A stretch of DNA of 61,911 nucleotides, filler included, from Nitrospirae bacterium MYbin3 (GTDB lineage: Bacteria > Nitrospirota > Thermodesulfovibrionia > Thermodesulfovibrionales > Dissulfurispiraceae): the NCBI GenBank assembly GCA_002753335.1. It is 5 parts of 5 records of this genome, joined end to end, with 100 filler letters (N's around TTAATTAATTAA, not from the genome) between each part and the next. Parts side by side here need not be neighbours in the genome. Positions count along the whole stretch, not along the records: positions 14,016 to 27,426 come from PEAD01000042.1; positions 27,527 to 39,562 come from PEAD01000043.1; 3 more parts are not named here. One strand, written 5' to 3'. This document shows, in pieces, positions 17,926 to 30,137 of this stretch. The stretch's first letter is position 1. The number at the start of each line of letters is the position of its first letter. The translations under genes were made by a program, and so were the position numbers. The notes under the pieces were generated by a model, which ran no database searches, had not been told where the DNA came from, and saw only the letters and a program-made list of their open reading frames with translations.

Positions 17926-19218
17926 TCACTTGCCCTGATTGTTTCCAAGTTGTGAGCTAAGAGCTTTAATAGCTGCTTCTTTTGAAAGACTTTTCCAAAC
18001 TGCTGTGCCATATTTGTTTGAATTCTTTGAAGCTGAAGTTGGTTTTTGTCTAATTACAAAGCTGGATGTTTCTAAATTAGCTTGGACCTCCGCTATGATT
18101 TTTTGTTGCATGTTAGTTGGCGTAATGCCTAACGTAAGTTCCATGCATTTATTTTTTGTGTGTTCGTATTGTTTATTTTTTTCTGATATAAGATACCTGT
18201 TGTCTTTGTCCGCAAAAGCTTTAGCTTTATCAATGATACTGTTGCATATTTTCCATGCTTCTTGGCGCTTTTCGTCAGTGGGATTTCTGTTCATGTTGTG
18301 AAAATCCATAGCTCTATTTAATGCTTCTTGATAAATATTAAGCCATTCTGGAGCAAGAATTCCGCCAAGAGCAGGATAGTTGCTAACTTCGAAAATCACA
18401 TAAGATGTTTCTATGTACGGGCTGCCGTCCTCGTATGCTAATGTTGCACCATCTCCTGACGAAATAACTTTCAGTTTCCTAGCTATTACATCAGAAGGCA
18501 AAGCATTACCGTCATAAGCTCCAAGAATATAATAATACGATGATTTAAGACCATTAATTAGCGACCACGAACCACTGAATTTCATAGAGGACTTAACACT
18601 AGTATCGTCAAAAAATACTGATACAAGTTTGCTCGCAATCTTTGCTCCTGCATTAATGGTGGATAAATTTGCTCCGTCAGCAGCACTTAATGCCAAATTG
18701 ATTGCTAGTGGCTGCTCAGGTGAATTAATAAAAGATGATAGTTTGTTTAAATATTCTTTTACAGGGCTTTTTTCTAGTATTTTGAACTCTACGGATATAG
18801 AAATATTTGTCCCGATTGCGGGTAAACAATCAGCTATTATTGGTCTAATCCCAAAACTGTACGTATTACCAGATTGAATATTTTTTTCAATCCAGTTTAT
18901 GCCTTCAGACGACACCGAAGATCCAGGAGAAGATAATTTAATTGAAGATGTCATGACAGCCTGATCTACGCTTCTAAAAAAATTATCGAATGAGTTCCTC
19001 CGAGGAACCATTAGAGATGCACCAACAATTTTTACAGAATAGTAAGTATTTGCAGGTTCAATAAACGTATTAATGTACCTATCAATATTTTCATGACCTG
19101 TAGTTACCCTCTCGGATAGATAAGGCCCCTTTGTACCAAATTCTAATGCAAATACAAGTTCTGATTTTAAAATAATAATCAAAGCTACTAAGAGTACGGT
19201 TAAAGCTGTTTTATACAT
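17926..19218 (-). CDS. Hypothetical secreted protein (430 aa)
   Basis: Long ORF with AGGAG RBS and an N-terminal signal-like segment. No family recognised. Confidence 0.75.
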   Translation of the reverse strand: MYKTALTVLLVALIIILKSELVFALEFGTKGPYLSERVTTGHENIDRYINTFIEPANTYYSVKIVGASLMVPRRNSFDNFFRSVDQAVMTSSIKLSSPGSSVSSEGINWIEKNIQSGNTYSFGIRPIIADCLPAIGTNISISVEFKILEKSPVKEYLNKLSSFINSPEQPLAINLALSAADGANLSTINAGAKIASKLVSVFFDDTSVKSSMKFSGSWSLINGLKSSYYYILGAYDGNALPSDVIARKLKVISSGDGATLAYEDGSPYIETSYVIFEVSNYPALGGILAPEWLNIYQEALNRAMDFHNMNRNPTDEKRQEAWKICNSIIDKAKAFADKDNRYLISEKNKQYEHTKNKCMELTLGITPTNMQQKIIAEVQANLETSSFVIRQKPTSASKNSNKYGTAVWKSLSKEAAIKALSSQLGNNQGK

Positions 19219-19506
19219 TGAACTCTCCTACTATTTTGTAATGCTGAATTGCTATTCCATTATCAAGAATCGTGCCTAATTCATCAGGTCGTGCCGCATT
19301 GTTGATTTCTCAAAAGGTTAATTATGTAAAGCCACTAAATTTTCTTCAGTGCATCCATTCAGCGGACTGTCAGCAACCTAAAAGTTGGACACCCTGTCAC
19401 ACAGTAATGACAATGTGGCAAACTCTGAGCACGCCCTCATAATTTGACCTCATTGATATTTAAGGATTTGCAAATTCCATCCTTTATTTATTTAAACCTT
19501 ATTCTG

Positions 19507-19522
19507 TGGCACAAAATCTGCT
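19507..19522 (+). promoter_or_regulatory. Putative sigma54 promoter
   Basis: TGGCACAAAATCTGCT has GG-N10-GC spacing. TGTCA-N8-TGACA lies about 100 bp upstream. Confidence 0.55.
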
Positions 19523-19615
19523 TATTAGCTAATCGACTTTACGATGCCTTCTTGGTTGCTTGAATGTGACTGAGAGGGCGGAGCATTGAAGCAACTGTCA
19601 TAGTAGGAGGGAAAA

Positions 19616-20209
19616 TTGGAAATACCACAGATGCAGACTATTGTTGGCGCCACAATCATAACTCAAATATGTTTGTTGATGATGCAGTTTATTGCTCTTT
19701 ACATAATGAAACAAGGAACGCCTACATATGTGAGGACTATGCCTACTGCTGCAAGTTTGATATGGCTTGTAATAGCGAATTCTCTTATTACGCTTGTACT
19801 TTTGTTATTTGCTGAGAGTTACATTAATGTCTGGAAAAGCGCTTTCCCTAAAATTAATTTGCCATCGATAAATTCAAGTTCTTCTGTAATGTGGACTTTT
19901 ATTTTAGACATTATCTGTATTTCTATCGTCGTATTTAAAACAGGAGGCAGTCAAAAAAGCCCATTTTCTTCTATTTATTTGATTTTGCCGGCGCTCGCTA
20001 TTTTTCTGAATGAGCCGTATTCACACATTATCGGATACATGACCTTAGTAAGTTTATTATTTATTGTCACATTTTATTTCTATAAAGAGCCAGAACAAGA
20101 CAGAGCTAATGATTTTGCTCAAAAAGCTTCGGAAATATCGTATATTTTTGTTTCAATAGCATGCTTTACACTGACAACTTTTATTTCATATATCACGAGA
20201 CCGACGTAA
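19616..20209 (+). CDS. Hypothetical integral membrane protein (about 6 TM)
   Basis: TTG start after AGGAGG, hydrophobic segments and a TGGSQKSPFSSIY motif. Confidence 0.75.
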   Translation: MEIPQMQTIVGATIITQICLLMMQFIALYIMKQGTPTYVRTMPTAASLIWLVIANSLITLVLLLFAESYINVWKSAFPKINLPSINSSSSVMWTFILDIICISIVVFKTGGSQKSPFSSIYLILPALAIFLNEPYSHIIGYMTLVSLLFIVTFYFYKEPEQDRANDFAQKASEISYIFVSIACFTLTTFISYITRPT

Positions 20210-20260
20210 CTTATTGCATAGACATACATATACATATAACGAGCTATTTAGGAGGCAACA

Positions 20261-23200
20261 TTGAAGCAAATACTATTTAAAAAGACGGCATTTTTCTTAT
20301 TATTCTCTTGTCTGATTGCAATATTTTTTCAGGGTTCAGGGCGTTCACTGGCTGATAATTTGGATAACGGTATTCCTCTTGGACTCAAGCCTGACAGCAT
20401 AGACATAAATCCTGACACCAATATAGCGGTAGTAGTCGGAAAAGGGCAGGATCATAAATCAGGGGATTTCGATAGCAAAGATGATGGTAAAGAATCAGGT
20501 ATCGTATCTATCGTTAACCTCAATTCCGGTGCCTCGCTTGCCTCCATTCCAATTGGCAAGCAACCAGCAGGCGTTGCAATAGACAGATGGTTGAACATCG
20601 CGGTTGTAGGAAGCAGCAAAGGCAACACCGTTTCGATCCTAGACCTTAATACCAACTCTGTTATTCACAGTGTTCCTGTCGCTAAAGAACCGTCAAGCAT
20701 AGCCATCAACCAGACGACACACATGGCGCTTACAGGCAGCTCCAAAGACGGCATAGTATCTGTTATCGATCTGACGAATTACAAGCTTGTCGGAACAATT
20801 TCAACAGGCAGAGGTATCAAAGACCTATCCATAGATTCGCAGCTCAATCTTGCTCTTGTACTAAACGGCAATGATAGCGAAGACCGTGATGATGACGACA
20901 GAGATCACCGTCTCGGCAAGCAAAGCGTGCATAAACCAAAACATACAGTTATGGTAATAGACCTGAACAGGTATCAAGCAATTGGTACAATACCTGTCGG
21001 CAGGGGCGCCCAATCAATTTCGATCAACCCAGACACGCATACAGCAGCAGTCGCCAACAAAGAAGACAAATCCATCACCGTCATAAACCTTAGCACTCTG
21101 CAAACCCAAACCATATACATTGGCAAACACCCGACAGCTATAGCCATAAACCAGCTCGACAACCGTGCAGCAGTAATATGTGAAGAAGACAGAAACCTTT
21201 TGCTTATAGACCTAGATACAAACGCAATAATTACATCGTATGCCTTAACCGGCAAAGAACCCAAAGCTCTTGTAGTCAACCATTTCACAAACATTGCGGC
21301 AATAGCGGAGCAGGATAAACTCAGACTTATTCAGTTGCCTAACCCCACACCCGTTATCGGCTCAGCAACTCCGGCCACTCTTTCAAGGGCAAGCGGAGCG
21401 GCCAAGCTAAGGATAACCGGCTCGAAATTCATCAAGAGCTCGGTGGTTATGCTTAAAGCCGCAACAGGCTCATCGTATAACGTACAATCAACCTTTTTCA
21501 GTAATAATATTTTGGAAGCCGATATTCCTTCTGAATTTTTGAGGCAAACAGGAGTCTATAGAATAACCGTTATCAACCCTTCACCAGAAGGTGGTGCATC
21601 AAATACCGTTGAAATAAGTATAGTAAACCCTGTCCCTCAGCTTTCATCCATAGACCCTGCAGAAACGACAGCAGGCTTATCAGGCCTTATACTTACAGCA
21701 ACCGGCAGCGGATTCTTTGACGACACGACAGTCTATATAAACGGAATACAAAAGCAGTTCAGTCTTATAAGTCCGACCAAACTTCAAATAGAACTTACGG
21801 CATCAGATCTTGAAACAGGCGGCTATCTTCAGATAACAGCGGTAAATTCATCTCCGGGCGGAGGGACATCCAGCCCTGTCACTCTAGCAGTTATGAATCC
21901 TGCACCGATACTGTCATCCATAAGTCCGGCATCAGTTAAAGCCGGAGGCACAGACTTAACAGTTACACTTACAGGCAGCAATCTTGTAAAAACCTCCACG
22001 GTCAACTTTAATAATCAAGCCATAGCGGCCAGATATATCAACAACAGCACAATCGAAGCCACAATCCCCGCAGCAATGATGACAACCGCCGGAAACTATC
22101 CGGTAAGCATAACTAACTCCGCACCCGGCGGAGGCGTATCAACGCCAATCAACTTCACCATAACCAAGAAGAGCAATGCAGAACCTCAGCCAGAAGGCTC
22201 CTATGGCAAAAAGTATGAAGATCTCGTGCCTGCTGATGCAACCATCAAGGCCTACGACCCGAAGAGATTTGCGATTGTAACCGGCACGGTGATAGACAGA
22301 ACCAACAATCCATTATCAGGCGTGACAGTATCTGTCCACAGCCATCCCGAATACGGAACTGTCTCAACAGATGGCAGCGGCAGATTCTCAATTCCTGTAG
22401 AAGGCGGAGGAGCGCTTACATTCGTTTACAAGAAGGTGGGGCATATCACCAGCCATAGACAGGTCAATGCCTCATGGAACAATGTAGAGATTGCCGAACC
22501 GGTAACAATGCTGACCGAAGACCCAATAGCCACCACAGTAACCTTTGACGGCAGCCCATCTACTATCACAACCCATAAAAGTTCAGTCACAACAGACCAA
22601 TACGGCAGCCGCTCGGCCACGATGGTCTTTACAGGCGACAACAAGGCATACATCAAAGACGCAAACGGCAATGAGACATTAGCAACAACTATCACTACAA
22701 GAGTCACCGAATTCGACACTCTACAATCGATGCCCGCAAAACTGCCTCCTACATCGGCCTATACCTATTGTGCCGAGTTTTCGGCTGACAACGCCAAGAG
22801 CGTAAGATTCGACAAACCGGTGATAACCTATGTAGATAACTTCCTTGGCTTTAATGTAGGGACGAAAGTGCCTGTCGGCTATTACGACCGTGACAGAGCA
22901 GTCTGGGTTGCTGAAGATGACGGCGTAATTGTCAGGTTTCTGGATACCAACGGCGACGGCATAGTAGATGCGATTGATGCAACCGGAAGCGGTATGCCGA
23001 CAGACTTAAACGGCAACGGTTCATATAGCGACGAAGCAGCGGGGCTTAACGACCCGGCCAAATACATGCCCGGTGCCACTTACATGCGTGTGAAGCTAAG
23101 TCACTTCACACCTTGGGATTTCAACTGGCCTTATGGCCCGCCGCCCGGCTCGACAATGCCGAATCCATTAAGCGACCCTGACGGCGACAGCCAATTCCCG

Positions 23201-26200
23201 CCGAATTGCGACAAATGCACCCAAAGCGCTTCTTATGTTGAACACCGCAGCAGAATATTTCATGAAGACGTTCCGGTTACAGGCACGGACATGACCCTTC
23301 ACTACGCAAGCAACAGGGCTCAGGATTACAAGACTGTGATAAGTATACCAGCAAGCGGACCGACCGTTCCTACCAGCCTCAAGAGTATTATTGTAAAAAT
23401 GACAATAGAAGGACGCGTTTTCCAGACCGAGCTTCCGGCATCACCCAACCAAAAAGCTGAATTCGTATGGGACGGCAAAGACTTCTTGGGCAATACTGTG
23501 ATCGGCTCGAAACGGGCTGATATACAAATAGGCTTTGTGTATAAGGCCTTTTATTATGAGTCTTCCGGCGCATTTTCCAAATCATTCGGACAGGCTGGCG
23601 GCGCTGTTACAAGGGTTGGCGCCCGGCAGGAAATCATCCTATGGAAAAACAGCACGCTGATAGTTCAGCGCAACATAAGCAGCGACAACAGCATCTTGGC
23701 CAAGAGCTGGACATTGTCCTTGAATCACTATATTGACCCCACAGACCCATCCACTCTTTTTAAGGGCGACGGAACTACGATCAAAAACAAAGCAGGCATA
23801 ATAAACACCGTACCGGGCTTTGCTTCCACAGCAAACAATGTAGCATCCGATGCAGCCGGAAATATTTATGTATCTGTTGCAGGAGAAGGTTATGTCAAAA
23901 AGATATCTCCCGACGGCAAAATCACTATAGTAGCCGGCAACGGCCAATACTGGTACACGGGGGATGGTGGACTTGCCACCCAAACAGGCATGAGTCCGTT
24001 GGCGATAGCTCTTGATAGTTCTAACAATCTTTACATAGCGGACAGAAGAAACCAGCGTATTATGAAGGTGGACAGAAACGGCATCATAACCACTGTAGCA
24101 GGCAATGGACAGTATGCCGATACAGGGGACGGTGGCCCGGCGGTGCAGGCCAGCATTAAAGTACCGTTAGGACTGGCTGTTGACGATGCAGGAAATCTTT
24201 ATATAGCCGACAGCTTTAGCTTAAAGATAAGGAAAGTTGACACAAACGGCATCATCACCACGATAGCAGGCAACGGACAGTTTAGCTGCCAGGGTGAGGA
24301 CGGAGTGCCTGCCATCCAGACATCTTTCGGAGACCCTGTAGCTGTGGCTATAGACAAAGAAGGCAACCTTTACATAAGCGACAGACTTTGTAATAGGATA
24401 AGGAAAGTGAATCCTTCAGGCATAATTACGGCAAAGGTAGCCCAAAAGGGATACGGCATGGGTTATGGAGGCGACGGAGGACCGGCAGTCAATGCCAACG
24501 TTGCCGAACCATGGGGAATCGCAATCGATAAAACAGGTAATATATACATAGCCGACACATGGAACTATAGAATACGGAAAGTGCAGACAAACGGAATAAT
24601 AACTACAATAGGCGGAAACGGCAAATGGGGAACTAGAGGGGACGGCGGCCCGGCGCTGCAGGCTGAACTCTGGCCTCCAAGCAGCATAGCGCTTGATCCC
24701 GTGGGCAATATTTATATAGTGGGCATGGGTTATGACTTCCGCAAGATCTCTGTATCCGAAGGATCCAGAGATTATAGAGGAACCAGCATAACCTTTGAGG
24801 ACGAAAACGGACAAGGATATGTGATGGATGGCAGCGGCCTGCAACAAAGCACTATAGACCTTAAGACAGGCAAGACTCTGCTCACCTTTGGATACGACAT
24901 CAATAAGCGCCTGACATCCATCACCGACCGGTTCGGCAACACAACAACAATCAGTAGAGATGGAAGCGGCAAACCCGTATCAATAACCTCACCTGACGGC
25001 ATAGCCACCGGAATAACAGTCAACTCAAACGGACATATAAGCAAAATCACCAACCCGGACGGCACAAACTACACCTTTGCATACACAGCAGACGGCCTGA
25101 TGACCGACGAAACCAAACCGAGGGGCGACAGGTATAGACACACATACGATGCCAACGGTAGGATCACAAATGTCTATGACCCTGAAGGCGGAAGCTGGAG
25201 CTACACACGCATAGTTGACGGCACAGGAACCATCTTCACAACAGAAACCACGGCAGAAGGCAATGTGATAGCCTATAGAGACAACAACACAAGCAATGGC
25301 TACGCATCAATACAAACAGACCCGACAGGCAGAATAACGCTAATCAAACGCTCAACGGATAACATGCAGGAAACCATAGAACCCTCCTGTGGCATCAAAC
25401 AGACCAAGCAATACGACCTTGAAACACAATACAAGCAGAGATACCTCAAACAGACAACAGCCGTAACCCCGCAGGGACTCACACAAAATGGAATAACAGC
25501 GAAAATCTATCAGGACATCAACAGCGACAAAATCCCCGACATCATTACAGACACAATAACCATAAACAACAAGAACTGGAGCAACACCAACGACACCATA
25601 ACCGGAACGATAACAACCACCAGCCCATTGGGCAGGACAACCACACTGAAATATGACCCCATAACACTTCTAACCCAACAGAAAACCACACCCAATCTCA
25701 ATCCCACAACCTACACCTATGACATTAGGGGCAGACTCACAGCCGTAACCACAGGCAGCAGAACAGCCACAATAGGATACGACCCAAGCGGCAACATAGA
25801 CTACATGGTCAGCCCCGACGGAAAGACAACAAGCTACACTTATGACCTTATGGGAAGGATCAGACAGACCAACAGACCTGATGGCACAGCCATCGCCTAC
25901 AGTTATGACCCCAACGGCAACATGACCATACTGACCAACCCTCAGAACACGAACTACACATTTGGATACACAGCCAACGACCAGAGAAAGACCTACACAG
26001 CCCCAATATCAGGCAGCTACACATACACCTACGACAAAGAAAGGAAACTGAAAACAGTCACACTGCCCACTGGCAGACTAATCACAAACACATACACAAA
26101 CGGCCTGCTGACAAGCACAGCAACGCCTGAAGGAATAACCAGCTACACCTACGACTGCGGAGACAATATAGCGACAATTACAAGAGGAACGGAAAGGAAT

Positions 26201-27426
26201 ACCTTCACATACGACGGTTCTTTGTTAAAGTCTGATATCAGAACAGGAACTCTGAACCAGACAATCAGCTACGCTTACAACAATGACTTCAAGCTAACTG
26301 CAATGAGCTATGCCGGACAGACACAGACACTGAGTTACGACAATGACGGCCTTCTCACAACAGCAGGAACATTCACAATCAACAGGAATGCACAGAACGG
26401 ATTGCCGGAATCAATAACGGACGGCACAATGACCAATACCAGAGTATTCAGCGGCTACGGAGAGCTTGACGGATATTCGTACAAAGTCAATTCCAACGGG
26501 GTCTATACGGTTCTGATGACCAGAGACAACGCCGGAAGAATAACGCAAAAGACTGAAGCCATAGGCGCGGAGACAAACACTTATGATTATACCTATGACA
26601 CCCTTGGCAGATTAACAGAGGTTAAGAAAAGCGGCGTCGTTGTTGAGAGATACACTTACGACGCTGACGGAAACAGGATTACCGATGGCAGACGCTCATA
26701 CATCTATTCTGCCGAAGACCATTTGATAACCGCTGGAACTGACAGCTATCAGTATAATGCTGACGGGTTCTTGTTGAGCAAGACGACAACAACGGGAACT
26801 ACGAGTTACAACTATTCGACAAGAGGAGAGTTGCTCGACGCATTGCTGCCGGGCGGAACGTCAATAAGCTATGACCATGATGCAACAGGCAGAAGGATTA
26901 TAAAGAGAGTAAATGGCACAATCACAGAAAAATATCTCTGGGCTGATGCCATAACATTGCTTGCAGTCTATGACGCCAACGACAACTTGAAAACACGATT
27001 CAATTACGCCGACGACAGGATGCCTGTTTCGATGACACAAGGCGGGATGACTTATTACCTTGCTTATGATCAAGTAGGGTCATTGAGAGCGGTTACAGAC
27101 AGCCTCGGAAATATCGTTAAGCGGGTTGATTATGATTCATTTGGAAACGTCATCAGTGACTCCAATCCATCGTTTGCCTTGCCTTTCGGCTTCGCAGGCG
27201 GCTTACATGATAGAGACACAAACCTCATCCGATTCGGCGCAAGAGATTACGACCCTGCAATCGGCAGATGGACGGCGAAAGATCCAATAGATTTTGAGGG
27301 GGGGGATGTGAATCTATTCGGTTATGTAGAAGCGGATCCCGTGAATTGGATTGATCCATGGGGATTGGAAACTTGTAGTCCTGCTACTAAATTACTCAAT
27401 CTTATAAATAATTATATAAACAAATG
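20261..27426 (+). CDS. Teneurin-like giant YD/RHS repeat protein, cut by the gap; C-terminus continues at 39787-40033
   Basis: Signal peptide, YVTN/YncE-like propeller, three IPT/TIG domains, carboxypeptidase-regulatory-like domain, NHL repeats (VAGNG..GDGGPA), YD shell and RHS core (FAGGLHD..FGARDYDP..GRWT.KDPI...DPWGL). Confidence 0.9.
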
Positions 27427-27526
27427 NNNNNNNNNNNNNNNNNNNNNNNNNNNNNNNNNNNNNNNNNNNNTTAATTAATTAANNNNNNNNNNNNNNNNNN
27501 NNNNNNNNNNNNNNNNNNNNNNNNNN
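27427..27526. other. Assembly gap/contig linker
   Basis: N run with embedded TTAATTAATTAA. Confidence 0.98.
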
Positions 27527-27527
27527 T

Positions 27528-28700
27528 CAGAATGTCATACCTCCTCACGGTGATTGGCCCTTTCATATTGCCCACATAGATCACACCCTTATGGACATTG
27601 AGCTATGCTCTCCAAAAACAGACAAAGTCCTTGGGCGAATGTGGATAACAAAAATGATAGATGCCTATTCGCGTCGATATCTCGCGTTTTCAATCAGTTT
27701 TGACCCTCCATCTTATCGCTCTATAATGAATGTGATTCGCGAGTGCGTCCATCGCCATGGCAGGTTGCCACACACGATTGTGACGGATAATGGCAAGGAA
27801 TTTGAGAGTGTCTATTTCGAGAGTCTGCTTGCGCATTTCCGAGTGCTTAAAAAACTCAGGCCACCTTCATTGCCTCGTTTTGGCTCTATCATAGAAAGAT
27901 TGATTGGAACTTTCAATACATCATTTCTCTATAACCTGAGAGGGAACACCCAGGTCACAAAAAATGTTCGTCAGGTCACAAGAATGGTTAACCCTAAGAA
28001 TTTGGCTATATGGACTCCGCAACAGTTTTTTGATAGGTTATGTGAATGGGCGTATGAGGTTTATGACACAATGGATCACCCTGCGCTTGGCATGTCACCC
28101 AAAGAGGCTTTTGAAAAAGGGGTCGCCCTTACAGGAAACCGGGAACACTTACTTATCCCCTATGATGAAAAGTTTTATATGCTGACATTGCCGAGTACCG
28201 CCAAGGGTACAGCTAAAGTGCGTCCGGGTCTCGGAGTTAAGATCAATGGAGTTTACTATAATTGTAAGGCATTCAAAGCCCCTGAAGTTGAAAACACCAG
28301 CGTTGAGGTTAGGTATGACCCCTATAACTTCGGCATAGCTTATGCTTTCGTTAAGAGCGCCTGGGTTCAATGTCGCTCGCAGTATTATAATGTATTCAAA
28401 GATAAGTCCGAACGGGAAGTAAACTTTTATACTGAAGAATTAAGACAACGCATGCGTTTACAGCAGAAAGATTTCACAGTTTCTGCCAAAAAGCTCGCTG
28501 AATTTATCCTCAAGGTCGAAGCCGAAGAAAAAGAAATGTATGAACTCAGACGTCTTCGTGAAGCTGAAAACAACAAAGTTCTGAAACTTAATGACATATT
28601 AACTCCCTTAAACGAAGAGAAAGATGAATCACAAATACAATCGGCTACCTATGATAATGACGAGGACAATCTAACAATTTATGATGAGGTCATGTCATGA
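27528..28700 (+). CDS. tnsB: Tn7-like DDE transposase TnsB (5'-partial)
   Basis: Frame open from the contig start. AHIDHT, IDAYSR, VTDNGKEF and IERLIGT (DDE) motifs, plus a Mu-transposase C-terminal region (VRYDPYNFG). Confidence 0.85.
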   Translation, partial: QNVIPPHGDWPFHIAHIDHTLMDIELCSPKTDKVLGRMWITKMIDAYSRRYLAFSISFDPPSYRSIMNVIRECVHRHGRLPHTIVTDNGKEFESVYFESLLAHFRVLKKLRPPSLPRFGSIIERLIGTFNTSFLYNLRGNTQVTKNVRQVTRMVNPKNLAIWTPQQFFDRLCEWAYEVYDTMDHPALGMSPKEAFEKGVALTGNREHLLIPYDEKFYMLTLPSTAKGTAKVRPGLGVKINGVYYNCKAFKAPEVENTSVEVRYDPYNFGIAYAFVKSAWVQCRSQYYNVFKDKSEREVNFYTEELRQRMRLQQKDFTVSAKKLAEFILKVEAEEKEMYELRRLREAENNKVLKLNDILTPLNEEKDESQIQSATYDNDEDNLTIYDEVMS

Positions 28701-29860
28701 AAGAATCGCTATTCCCTAAGCATCTTCTGAAAACAAGTACAGATGATCGTGTCAATTATTTCAATCAGTTCGTGATTCAGCATCCTTTGTTTGATAACGT
28801 GCTAAATGATCTTATCGACGCGATAGCAAGTCAGGAAAAAGAACCTCTCGTTTTCGTGTTCGGGCCAAGCGGTGTAGGCAAAACAACCCTCAAAAAGACT
28901 TTGGAAAAAAAACTTGTTACCGATTCGCTTCCCACATTGGAGAAGGACCTCGAAAAAATACCCTTCGCAAGTGTTGAAGCAGTTGCATCGGGATTTGGAA
29001 ACTTCAGATGGAAGGATTATTATGTGCGAGCGCTTACAGCTCTAAAGGAACCCCTAATTGATAAAAAGATCTTGTACGCTGACGAATGCGGTCTCTCTAC
29101 ACATGGTGCGCGAGGTAGTACTGCCGCACTCAGAAGGGCACTTGAGAAAACATTGGGTTACAGAAGACCTTCTGTGTTTATTATTGATGAGGCACAGCAT
29201 TTGGCAAAAATTGTTACTGGTTCCAAAATCGAAGACCAGCTTGATTGCATAAAGTCGCTTGCTAACCTTACTGGTGTGAAACATGTTCTTCTTGGCACAT
29301 ATGGTCTCCTATCTTTCAGAAACAAAAGTGCGCAACTAAATAATCGCAGCAAAGATATTAACTTCAGGCGATACGACGCGCGTATAAAGGAAGATCGTAA
29401 GGCATTCAAAAGTATTGTGAGGACCTTTGAGCTTTACCTGCCTTTGTCTGAAATTCCCGATTTAGTTCAGCACTGGATGTTTCTTATGGAACGGACTGTT
29501 GGCTGTATCGGAACTCTTAAGCTATGGCTTACCCGCGCATTACGCATTGCCCTTATAGACAAATCTAATACCATAACTGCAGAGCATTTAAATAAAACGG
29601 CTCCATCTATTGAAAAAGCCTTTAAAATGGCGGAAGAAGCTTTAAAAGGAGAGGCCTCTCTAATTGATGATGAAAAAAGGAAAGAGGCATTGCTTATTCT
29701 TCTGGGTATGGCACTTGAAGATGAGCAAACACCTAAAGGCACAAAAAAACAAATAAACAAAAATAAGAAAAAAGGAGTCTGGCGCCCAGGGAAGAAAAAA
29801 CCTAAGAGGAGTCCTGTAGGAGAAAATAGTGAGCAAGAGTCAAAATTGGACGCAGCATAA
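28697..29860 (+). CDS. tnsC: Tn7-like AAA+ ATPase TnsC/TniB
   Basis: GPSGVGKT, IIDEAQH, IKSLANLT..HVLLGTY, QLNNRS and GCIGTLK motifs. ATGA-coupled to tnsB. Confidence 0.85.
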   Translation: MKESLFPKHLLKTSTDDRVNYFNQFVIQHPLFDNVLNDLIDAIASQEKEPLVFVFGPSGVGKTTLKKTLEKKLVTDSLPTLEKDLEKIPFASVEAVASGFGNFRWKDYYVRALTALKEPLIDKKILYADECGLSTHGARGSTAALRRALEKTLGYRRPSVFIIDEAQHLAKIVTGSKIEDQLDCIKSLANLTGVKHVLLGTYGLLSFRNKSAQLNNRSKDINFRRYDARIKEDRKAFKSIVRTFELYLPLSEIPDLVQHWMFLMERTVGCIGTLKLWLTRALRIALIDKSNTITAEHLNKTAPSIEKAFKMAEEALKGEASLIDDEKRKEALLILLGMALEDEQTPKGTKKQINKNKKKGVWRPGKKKPKRSPVGENSEQESKLDAA

Positions 29861-30137
29861 ATAAAATATGTGGATGGCCCCGAGGAATGCATACATAGGA
29901 CTTAGGTGAGTTTTCTATAGAGGTATAAAACATATCAAGAAACATCTCGATAACTCACAGGAACCCTTAACTGTAAGGGTCGCTTGAAAAGCACCGAATT
30001 GGGAAGTGCCGGCGCCGACGGCGAAACAACAAAGTAGCAGCATAGTTTTTAAAGCCAGCCTTTTTCGATCAACATAAGTATTTCTGAATATCCAGCAACT
30101 ACAATGATTACCTCTACAAAGGAATGGGAGGTAACTA

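Noticed and set aside
24900..26200. Extreme A/C strand skew in the YD region
   Set aside because: Explained by Thr/Asn/Asp/Tyr-rich repeats using ACA/AAC/GAC/TAC codons.
27528..29860. CRISPR-associated transposon
   Set aside because: No cas genes, tniQ or array visible; only tnsB and tnsC can be supported.
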